From Bacteroidales bacterium (lineage in GTDB: Bacteria > Bacteroidota > Bacteroidia > Bacteroidales > UBA10428): DNA of 64,000 nt. Below, one piece after another: positions 49,181 to 57,052 of the stretch. The stretch spans positions 78,783 through 142,782 of the forward strand of contig DATGXG010000019.1 in the NCBI GenBank assembly GCA_035299085.1, in the 5' to 3' direction. Below the pieces are notes generated by a model. It ran no database searches. It saw nothing but the letters and a program-made list of their open reading frames with translations, and had not been told where the DNA came from. The first letter of the stretch is position 1; each line of letters begins with the position of its first letter. The position numbers were made by a program, and so were the translations under genes.

Positions 49181-49202
49181 GAGATTTAGGTTATTTTTGC
49201 AT

Positions 49203-50114
49203 ATGCCTGATCCATCTTCATATTCTTACAAGGCCTTCGGTTTAAATATCCTTTCTCAATTCGAGGTCCCCGGTTTTCAACCTGCCTCTTTTTCAAATGC
49301 CGATGTCACCATCGAAAGCGGGCATGTACCTGAAACCATTGATCCGGTTATCAATAAGGGAGTACTCTTCCAGGCAAATGACCATGAGTTTATCCTCAGG
49401 ATTGTAGGAATAGCATCCTACTATATTAAGTACGGCACAACGATTCGCATACAACCGCAACCAAAAGCTGTAAGCAAAGATATCGCTGCTTTTCTCACCG
49501 GAACGTGTTTCGGTGCCCTGCTGCATCAGAGGAAACTATTGCCCTTGCATGCCGGTACCGTTGTGTTCAAAAACCGGTGCCTTGTATTCATGGGACTTTC
49601 CGGCGCAGGCAAATCTACCCTTGCGGCTGCATTTTTGAAAGCAGGCGCCACATTGGTTGCGGATGACATTTCAGTAATTGATTTTTCAGGCGAACGACCG
49701 GCTGTAAGGCCTGCGTTTCCGGCTATCAAGATGTGGCAGGACAGTTTGAAACACTTAGATTATGCTACAGATGGCCTTGTCAGTGTCCGCGAAGAGCTGA
49801 AAAAATTTTACATGCCTGTTCTACAATTCAGCGAAATACCTGTTCCTGTAGATACGCTTTTTATATTAAACAGCTACAACAAGCCGGATGCCCTGATCAA
49901 ATCTATTGAAGGAATGGATAAATTCCAGGCAGTGATAAGGCATACGTACCTGTTCCGTGGGATACCGAAAACAGGGCTTGAACAAAACCATTTTATACTG
50001 GCCGGAAAGCTGATCACAACCATTCCGCTTTTCATGCTGTCAAGGCCAGACAGTCATTTTAACACCGACAATCTTCTTGAGTTAATAAAGGAAAAAGCCG
50101 GTATCAATGGATGA
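49203..50114 (+). CDS. HPr-kinase-related P-loop kinase (lasso precursor kinase-like)
   Basis: YKAFGLNILS N-terminus and the Walker A motif GLSGAGKSTLAAAFLKAGATLVADD. ATG at 49203 is preferred. Confidence 0.75.
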   Translation: MPDPSSYSYKAFGLNILSQFEVPGFQPASFSNADVTIESGHVPETIDPVINKGVLFQANDHEFILRIVGIASYYIKYGTTIRIQPQPKAVSKDIAAFLTGTCFGALLHQRKLLPLHAGTVVFKNRCLVFMGLSGAGKSTLAAAFLKAGATLVADDISVIDFSGERPAVRPAFPAIKMWQDSLKHLDYATDGLVSVREELKKFYMPVLQFSEIPVPVDTLFILNSYNKPDALIKSIEGMDKFQAVIRHTYLFRGIPKTGLEQNHFILAGKLITTIPLFMLSRPDSHFNTDNLLELIKEKAGING

Positions 50115-50949
50115 TACCAAAAAAATAATATGGCTGGCTTCGTATCCGAAATCGGGTAACACCTGGTTCAGGGCATTTCTGACAGCACTTCTTAACCCGG
50201 ATTTAAAAGAAGTGGACATCAACAACATGGCACAAACTACCATTGCCAGCAGCCGGCAATTGTTTGATGAGGTTTCAGGAATTGAATCTTCCGATCTGAC
50301 TGCAGATGAGATCGATTCCCTGAGGCCGCGGATTTACAGGCAAAACGCTTTTGAATCAAATGAAGTCATTTATCACAAGATCCACGATGCCTGGGATGTA
50401 TTGCCCGATGGAACAGCCCTGTTTCCCATGGAAGCAACAAAAGGCGTGTTATATTTTATCCGGAATCCGCTGGATGTGGCCATTTCTTTTGCCAACCACC
50501 TGAATACAAGCATAGACAGGACTATAGAAATAATGAACAACCCGACTTATGCCTTCTGTGAAAAGAATAGTAAGCTATATAACCAGCTCCGACAACGGTT
50601 ACATACGTGGAGTGGTCATGTTAAAAGCTGGACTGAAGATTCAGGACTTCCCCTAATGGTGATCCGTTATGAAGACATGCTAACGGATACACTGGCCATC
50701 TTTTCAAAAGCAGTTTCCTTTATAGGTTTGGACCAATCTGAAGTCAATATTAAAAAAGCCCTTGACCTCTCTTCTTTTGAACAGCTCCGAAAGCAGGAAG
50801 AAACAAAGGGCTTTTCTGAAAAGAGCGCCAAATCGGAGCGATTTTTCAGGAAAGGCATAGCAGGCGACTGGAAGACTATGTTAAGCAAAGAACAAGTTGG
50901 CCGGATCAAGGAAGCACATAGTTTAACTATGTTAAAATTCGGGTATTAG
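50107..50949 (+). CDS. PAPS-dependent sulfotransferase-family protein
   Basis: 5'-PSB loop YPKSGNTWFRAF and 3'-PB region RYEDM...FFRKGIAGDWK. It shares an 8-nt overlap with the kinase gene. Confidence 0.85.
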   Translation: MDDTKKIIWLASYPKSGNTWFRAFLTALLNPDLKEVDINNMAQTTIASSRQLFDEVSGIESSDLTADEIDSLRPRIYRQNAFESNEVIYHKIHDAWDVLPDGTALFPMEATKGVLYFIRNPLDVAISFANHLNTSIDRTIEIMNNPTYAFCEKNSKLYNQLRQRLHTWSGHVKSWTEDSGLPLMVIRYEDMLTDTLAIFSKAVSFIGLDQSEVNIKKALDLSSFEQLRKQEETKGFSEKSAKSERFFRKGIAGDWKTMLSKEQVGRIKEAHSLTMLKFGY

Positions 50950-51009
50950 CGTAAAATACTGTTGATAAAATGTAACATTGCGCTTAAAAAAGTTGTATAT
51001 TTTCGAAAC

Positions 51010-51031
51010 ATATTCATATTTGTATGAATAT
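51010..51031. promoter_or_regulatory. Perfect 9-bp inverted repeat ATATTCATA-TTTG-TATGAATAT upstream of the pqqD-like gene; its centre contains a near-consensus -7 box (CATATTTG)
   Basis: Read directly. It ends 23 nt before the ATG at 51054. Confidence 0.4.
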
Positions 51032-51053
51032 CACCTAACCTGACCATTGACGT

Positions 51054-51371
51054 ATGGGAATTTTTACTGCAAAGAAGGAGATCGGGCCGGACACGGTGTT
51101 ACAGCGAAGGAATGATCTTTTATTCAACGAAATAGACGGGGAAATGGTAATGCTCTCAATTCATAACGGGGAGTATTATGGGATGGATAAAGTAGGTTCG
51201 AGAATTTGGAAGATTCTATCTGAACCTATAAAACTTTCTTGTCTGGTAGATAAGTTGATTTTAGAATATGAAATAAATAGAGATCAATGCTTAATTGACA
51301 CGGTTAATTTCTTGGAAAAATTACATGATAAGGCTTTAATCTTTTATGAAACAATTCCTGATAAACAATAA
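51054..51371 (+). CDS. PqqD-family RiPP recognition element (lasso B1)
   Basis: 105 aa, LLFNEIDGEMVMLSIHNGEYYGMDKVGSRIWKIL...LIDTVNFLEKL. This is the typical PqqD pattern. Confidence 0.85.
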   Translation: MGIFTAKKEIGPDTVLQRRNDLLFNEIDGEMVMLSIHNGEYYGMDKVGSRIWKILSEPIKLSCLVDKLILEYEINRDQCLIDTVNFLEKLHDKALIFYETIPDKQ

Positions 51372-51759
51372 AAAATTAAAATCTTTCATATTTTCAAGAA
51401 TTGTGGAAGTAATATTTATTTTATTGATTTTAATGTCATTATTTGTTAGATCATTAATATTTCTTTTGCCTTTAAGAACGTATAAATTTTTACTTTTTAA
51501 GCAACCTGAAATTGAAGAATCAACTTATAAAAAGTATAAAATAAAATGTTTAAACTGTGCGATTAAGAAATTTGATAAGTTGAAATTTTTAAATACATCA
51601 TGTTTTGCTAAAACAATAACAATTAAAATTTTTGCTCTCATATTTAGAATAAACAGTCTAATCGAATTAAATGTAAATACTAGAAACGAAAAAATGAGTG
51701 CACATGCTGAAATTACTTTTATTACAAAATCTAAATCCCTTTTGCTTACCTTAAATTGA
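51346..51759 (+). CDS. Lasso peptide B2 leader peptidase (transglutaminase-core-like)
   Basis: N-terminal TM-like segment, then NTSC-(33 aa)-HAEITF, comparable to the Cys...AHAW(V/I)E spacing of B2 proteins. It overlaps the pqqD-like gene by 26 nt. Confidence 0.65.
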   Translation: MKQFLINNKKLKSFIFSRIVEVIFILLILMSLFVRSLIFLLPLRTYKFLLFKQPEIEESTYKKYKIKCLNCAIKKFDKLKFLNTSCFAKTITIKIFALIFRINSLIELNVNTRNEKMSAHAEITFITKSKSLLLTLN

Positions 51760-51761
51760 TT

Positions 51762-51908
51762 ATGATGGATATTGAATTGCAAAATAAAAGAGAATGGAAT
51801 CCACCAACACTGAAAAGTCTATCAGTCAAAAAAACAGGCGGTAGTGATTCGGCTCAGTTTGGAGAAGAATCACAATATATTGATCAGGACCCTGAAAGTG
51901 GTTTTTAA
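51762..51908 (+). CDS. Candidate lasso peptide precursor (48 aa): MMDIELQNKREWNPPTLKSLSVKKTGGSDSAQFGEESQYIDQDPESGF
   Basis: Translated by hand. It starts 2 nt after the B2 stop. The leader has W-x-x-P-x-L and a Thr at the predicted -2 position. The predicted core is GSDSAQFGE..., with Gly1 and Glu9. Confidence 0.6.
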   Translation: MMDIELQNKREWNPPTLKSLSVKKTGGSDSAQFGEESQYIDQDPESGF

Positions 51909-51923
51909 ATTAACTACTTAATT

Positions 51924-54900
51924 ATGAAACTAAGATGTTCAATTAGTATTTTTTCAATTTTTATTACTGCTTTATCTTTTTCACAAGGTTGGGTCAACTC
52001 TTTGGTTATAAAAGGCTCCCAAATTGAGCCTAGATTTTCAGTAATAGACAATAATAATAACCTCATTATTTACAGTTATTTTTCTGATACTGTCTACTCT
52101 CCGTTAACTATATCGTATGGTTTAAGAGATTTATTTATAACCAAAATAAATTCCGGTGGCAGCATTCTTTGGAATAAGAGAATAGGAACTGCTAATTCAG
52201 ATGCACCTGGAGGCTTATTTGTCGATAATGATGACAATATCTATTTGACCGGTGGCTATTATTCAACGTTGAAATTTTCAACAACTGATAGTTTAAAAAA
52301 TAGTGGTAGTAGTGATATTTTTCTGGCCAAATATGATAAAAACGGAGTATTCTTATGGTCAAAAAAATTAACTTCAGCAACCACCCTGGAAATACCGCTT
52401 GACATAAAATTTGATGGGAACAATAATTTCCTTATGTCAGGTTATTTTAAGGATAGTTTGATAATCGGTGATAACCATTCTAATATTGATACTCTTTTAG
52501 GAAACACCTACAACTCACATTTTATTGCTCTATTTGATTTAAATGGAAATTTGAGCTGGTCAAAGTCTTTTTTAGGTACAAATAATTTATCTAGAATCTA
52601 CAAGGTTGGGACAAGCAGTAATGGATATTATTTTGGAGGTTATTTTGCAGGAAATTTGACTTTTGATGTAGGGACTATATCAAGTTATTCAACCAATTAC
52701 TATGACGCTTTTTTATATAAGACTGATATTAATGGACAAGGACAATGGATAAGACGTATAAGAGGTACGGCTCATGAAAATTTTCGATCATTGTCTATCG
52801 ACGAATTTGAAAATATTTACATTCTAGGGAATTATAATAGTTCGACAATATATATTGACTCTACTTCCTCAGCGATTAAAACAGTATCAGTAAATACTGG
52901 TGGATATGATACATATATTGCTAAATATAACCGAAGTGGAATCCTTCAATGGTTTCTACGAAAAGGCAGTACGGCAAAAGACATATATAATGATTTCGTT
53001 GTTCGAAATAACGTTATTTATGCAACCGGATATTTCACTGGACAAATAACTTTTCATAATGATGTCCTTACAACCAGCAGCGCAACTAATTCAGATGCTT
53101 TTGTTGCCGCATTCAATGAAATTGGCGACCCTATATCTGGGGTGAGTGTCGTAGGCACAGGCAATTACGAAGATGCCGGTACCATAGTGAATATGGATGC
53201 CAGTTCAAGGGCCTACGTGGCCGGTTACTATAAATCACAGCAAATTAAAATCGGTTCCCAAACCTACACGAGTAATAATCTTAATAAGAGCGATTTATTC
53301 TTTGCTATTTACAAACAGCGTTTTCAGGCCGTTGTCACCGATGAAGACATGGTTTCCTGCAACGGTCTGAGTGATGGAATGCTTTCTGTTACACCGTATT
53401 TCGGCAGGCCGCCATATACCTATTCATGGAGCCATAACCCGGCGCTTAATAATCCTACGGCACAAAATTTACCGGCCGGTTCTTATATCTGCACGGTCAC
53501 CGATGCCAATGACAGCATTACCCATGTAACCGGTATTGTATCGCAACCCAATCCATTTTCAGTCAATGGGGCCCTGACAAACCCGGTATGTTACAACGAA
53601 AATACAGGTGTCATCAATATTACCGTCACAGGAGGGAATACAGGTGGTTACAGTTATTTCTGGACATCACCCGACGGATCCGGAATTCAGCCGCTCATCG
53701 AGGACCAGGCAGGCTTAAGCCACGGAACATACACGGTCCGTATTCTTGATAGTAAAAATTGCGCCGATACAACTGATTTTCTTCTCACCGAACCGGCACC
53801 TTTCAATTATGAGGGCACTGCTGTCACAAAAATTTTCATTCCGCCGGGAAATAACGGTGCAATCAACTTAATTCCGCATGGCGGCACGGCACCATACACC
53901 TATTCATGGTCCGGACCCAACGGCTATACAGCAACATCCGAAGATATCGGTAACCTGAATGATGCAGGGTTATATAATCTCACTATCCATGATTCAAAAA
54001 GCTGCACGGGTGATACCACATTTACAGTTATTGATAACTTCACCTTTCAGGCTGAAATCTTTGATAAAACTGACGTCCTCTGCAAAGGTGCTGCTAACGG
54101 AACGGCAACTGTCCAGGTTTTCAATGGCACAAAACCTTATTCCTATCAATGGAGTGATGGCGTAACCCTTAATGATTCGGTACGAACCGGTATGACACCC
54201 GGAAATTATATTATTACTGTTACCGATGGTGCAATGCATACTAGTCAGGCACGTGTTACTATTACAGAACCTACATTGCCTTTGTCGGTCGTTCTTTTAC
54301 CTCAGGATCTTCATTGTTATAATGACAATTCCGGAGTTATTGATGCCACTATCAATGGAGGAACATTACCCTATTCTTATTCATGGTCCAGCGGTTACAC
54401 AGGAGAAGATCTTGTTAACGTGGCTGCTGGCATTTACACTGTTACTGTTACTGATGCCAATGGCTGCCAGGTGCAGGATACAAAAGAGATTACCCAGCCC
54501 GGCATGATGGTGGTAACTCCTGAAATAAATACTCCCATACTGTGCCATGGAAATCGTGGTGGTGTTGCTACTGTAAATGTCACTGGCGGTGTATTACCCT
54601 ATTCTTATGTATGGGATGACCGTGGCGACCAGACAACTGCAACAGCATATGACCTCAGGGCACGTACCTATCATTGTACGGTAACCGATTTCAATGAATG
54701 TTCTCAAACTGTTGACGTACCCTTACTCGAACCGGATTCACTTTATGTGGATGTGATCATTAATAATCCATCTTGCCCGGGACTGGAAGATGGCTCCATT
54801 GCTCCGACTCCTCATGGCGGAACGGGACCCGGTTACGAATACATCTGGTCGAATTCAGTCTTCCAGCGCTTTAACACCGATATTCCGGCAGGCATGTATA

Positions 54901-55955
54901 TTCTTACAATGAATGATGCCAATAACTGCGTTATTGTGGACACATTCAACCTTGCCGATCCGGATACCGTGAAAATCACATCGGTTGATGTTGCCGATAT
55001 TACCTGCCCCGGTAAAACCGATGGATCATTGACGATTCATGCCACAGGCGGATCCGGAATATATGAGTTTTCGACCGACAACGGCGATAATTATGATAAC
55101 CAGTCTGTTGCAGACAACCTGCCCTCTGGCGATTATACCGTATTGGTAAGGGACGATAAAGACTGCATTTCTGAAAACCAGCTTGCAACGATCAGTATTT
55201 CCGATACGGTAACCATTGATACAATCGATATTGCCAATGCCACCTGTAATGGAATCCATGACGGTGCGGTAACCCTTAAAGTTACCGGTGGAACAGGCAC
55301 TTACCAGTATTCAACCGACGGCGGATCAACCTTTGGCGGTGCTTCAATTCTTGCAGCCCTTGCTTCCGGTAACTACACTATCGTTGTACGCGATGGCAAT
55401 GATTGTAATTCGGAACAGTCCCTGATTACGCTGACAAACTCAGACACCATCTCAATAAGCCATATCGAATCCACCGATCTTACCTGTTCGGGACTTCCTG
55501 ACGGAACCATCACGATTACCGGGTCCGGAGGGTCAGGAGTATACCAGTATTCTATTGACGGTGGAACTACTTTTTCGGATCAACCGGCCTTCACGGGATT
55601 AAGCCAGTCTGAATACGATGTTGTCGTTAAAGATGATCATGAATGCCTTTCCGAAGAAAGCGATGTGATCCTGAATTCGCAGGACGTTTGCAGCCTTATA
55701 CTGTATAATGCCTTCACCCCGAATGATGACGGCAAGAATGATGTGTGGGATATTGAGAATGTTGCCAGTTTTCCCGATATCGTTGTGAAAATATTCAATA
55801 TCTGGGGTAAGGAAGTATTCAATTCAAAAGGCTATGATACGCCTTGGGACGGAACCTATAACGGCAATGATCTTCCCTCAGGAACCTATTATTATGTCAT
55901 CGATCCCGGAGACGGTTCCGGAATCCTGACAGGCGATGTCAGCATTGTTAAATAA
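51924..55955 (+). CDS. Giant cell-surface protein: SBBP-like beta-propeller repeats, about 13 SprB-type repeats and a type B T9SS (gliding-motility) C-terminal domain
   Basis: D(A/I)F(L/I)AKY...G..LWSK repeats. Repeated C..x..DG...(V/I)..GG..PYxYSWS units. C-terminal NAFTPNDDGKNDVW...GTYYYVI. Confidence 0.85.
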   Translation: MKLRCSISIFSIFITALSFSQGWVNSLVIKGSQIEPRFSVIDNNNNLIIYSYFSDTVYSPLTISYGLRDLFITKINSGGSILWNKRIGTANSDAPGGLFVDNDDNIYLTGGYYSTLKFSTTDSLKNSGSSDIFLAKYDKNGVFLWSKKLTSATTLEIPLDIKFDGNNNFLMSGYFKDSLIIGDNHSNIDTLLGNTYNSHFIALFDLNGNLSWSKSFLGTNNLSRIYKVGTSSNGYYFGGYFAGNLTFDVGTISSYSTNYYDAFLYKTDINGQGQWIRRIRGTAHENFRSLSIDEFENIYILGNYNSSTIYIDSTSSAIKTVSVNTGGYDTYIAKYNRSGILQWFLRKGSTAKDIYNDFVVRNNVIYATGYFTGQITFHNDVLTTSSATNSDAFVAAFNEIGDPISGVSVVGTGNYEDAGTIVNMDASSRAYVAGYYKSQQIKIGSQTYTSNNLNKSDLFFAIYKQRFQAVVTDEDMVSCNGLSDGMLSVTPYFGRPPYTYSWSHNPALNNPTAQNLPAGSYICTVTDANDSITHVTGIVSQPNPFSVNGALTNPVCYNENTGVINITVTGGNTGGYSYFWTSPDGSGIQPLIEDQAGLSHGTYTVRILDSKNCADTTDFLLTEPAPFNYEGTAVTKIFIPPGNNGAINLIPHGGTAPYTYSWSGPNGYTATSEDIGNLNDAGLYNLTIHDSKSCTGDTTFTVIDNFTFQAEIFDKTDVLCKGAANGTATVQVFNGTKPYSYQWSDGVTLNDSVRTGMTPGNYIITVTDGAMHTSQARVTITEPTLPLSVVLLPQDLHCYNDNSGVIDATINGGTLPYSYSWSSGYTGEDLVNVAAGIYTVTVTDANGCQVQDTKEITQPGMMVVTPEINTPILCHGNRGGVATVNVTGGVLPYSYVWDDRGDQTTATAYDLRARTYHCTVTDFNECSQTVDVPLLEPDSLYVDVIINNPSCPGLEDGSIAPTPHGGTGPGYEYIWSNSVFQRFNTDIPAGMYILTMNDANNCVIVDTFNLADPDTVKITSVDVADITCPGKTDGSLTIHATGGSGIYEFSTDNGDNYDNQSVADNLPSGDYTVLVRDDKDCISENQLATISISDTVTIDTIDIANATCNGIHDGAVTLKVTGGTGTYQYSTDGGSTFGGASILAALASGNYTIVVRDGNDCNSEQSLITLTNSDTISISHIESTDLTCSGLPDGTITITGSGGSGVYQYSIDGGTTFSDQPAFTGLSQSEYDVVVKDDHECLSEESDVILNSQDVCSLILYNAFTPNDDGKNDVWDIENVASFPDIVVKIFNIWGKEVFNSKGYDTPWDGTYNGNDLPSGTYYYVIDPGDGSGILTGDVSIVK

Positions 55956-55959
55956 CGTC

Positions 55960-56883
55960 ATGAACACCACTATGAAGAACATAAAAATATATCACTCCGT
56001 TCTGACAGTACTGGTCATCATGCTGTTCGTGACATTTTCAGCTAAGGTAGAGGCTCAGCAGATCCCCAACTTCAGCATGTACAACATGAATCATTACCTT
56101 GTGAATCCGGCTGCAACAGGCATAACCGACCGGCTGCCGGTTTCCTTGTCATACAGGAAGATTTGGGCGGGAATGACCAATGCACCTTCTGTACAATATC
56201 TTTCGGCGAATACCCAGGTTGCAGATAACATGGGTGTCGGAGCACGGCTCTTTAATTTCCAGGCTGGACCGTTGCGAAAAACTGGTCTTGAAGGAACTTA
56301 CAGCTATCATATTGACGTAGGCACAGAGGGAAAACTATCATTCGGACTTTCACTCCTTTTTTACCAGTTCAAGCTCAGCAAATCGGAGATGTTTGTTAAA
56401 GATATTACCGATGAGTTAATCATGGGAGATGAACAGATGTTTGTTCCTGATGCCGGAATCGGCGTATATTATTACGGCCCGAACTATTACGCCGGTATTG
56501 CAGTGCCTCAACTGTTCCAGCGTAACATCGACCTGAAATCGGATGCCATCCTGCAGCAAAAACAGGTAAGGCATTATTATATTCATGGCGGTTATATTTT
56601 TGATGCCGGAACCGATTTTAAAATAGAGCCTTCCCTGCTGCTGAAATTTGTTGAAAGCGGCATCTTCCAGGCAGATGTTAACGCCCTTGTCACTTATAAA
56701 GATATGGTGAATTTCGGCTTATCCTACAGAACTTCCGAAGCACTTTCCTTCCAGGTCGGCTATAAGAACCCGGATATTTTTATCGGCTATGCTTATGATC
56801 TCATCCTTTCAGGTATGAAAAGCAACACCTGGGGATCGCACGAGATATTGTTCACGTATACGCTGGATAATTTCCTTAAATAG
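55960..56883 (+). CDS. PorP/SprF-family type IX secretion membrane protein
   Basis: QQIPNFSMYNMNHYLVNPAATG N-terminal signature. It lies directly after a type B CTD cargo gene. The start is 55960 or 55972. Confidence 0.85.
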   Translation: MNTTMKNIKIYHSVLTVLVIMLFVTFSAKVEAQQIPNFSMYNMNHYLVNPAATGITDRLPVSLSYRKIWAGMTNAPSVQYLSANTQVADNMGVGARLFNFQAGPLRKTGLEGTYSYHIDVGTEGKLSFGLSLLFYQFKLSKSEMFVKDITDELIMGDEQMFVPDAGIGVYYYGPNYYAGIAVPQLFQRNIDLKSDAILQQKQVRHYYIHGGYIFDAGTDFKIEPSLLLKFVESGIFQADVNALVTYKDMVNFGLSYRTSEALSFQVGYKNPDIFIGYAYDLILSGMKSNTWGSHEILFTYTLDNFLK

Positions 56884-56930
56884 GCTGTTAGCTAATCAGG
56901 CTATTAACTAGTTGCTATCATAGACGAGTC

Positions 56931-57052
56931 AGCTCCGCTAGGAGCGACATTATGGTAGAAAATTGAGTTAATTTACAATCAAAAAGCTCCGGTAGGAGCG
57001 ACATTATGGTGAATTTAACATTAATAACCATAATGTCGCTCCTACCGGAGCT
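56931..57052. repeat. 26-nt repeat AGCTCCG(C/G)TAGGAGCGACATTATGGT: two direct copies plus one inverted copy that forms a 26-bp perfect hairpin
   Basis: Copies lie at 56931-56956, 56985-57010 and, inverted, 57027-57052. A degenerate fourth copy and two more hairpins follow, up to about 57128. Confidence 0.85.

Noticed and set aside
51525-51782. 85-aa minus-strand ORF opposite the B2 gene
   Set aside because: It lies in very AT-rich DNA, where long ORFs arise by chance. The plus-strand frame carries the Cys/His B2 motif and is translationally coupled to its neighbours.
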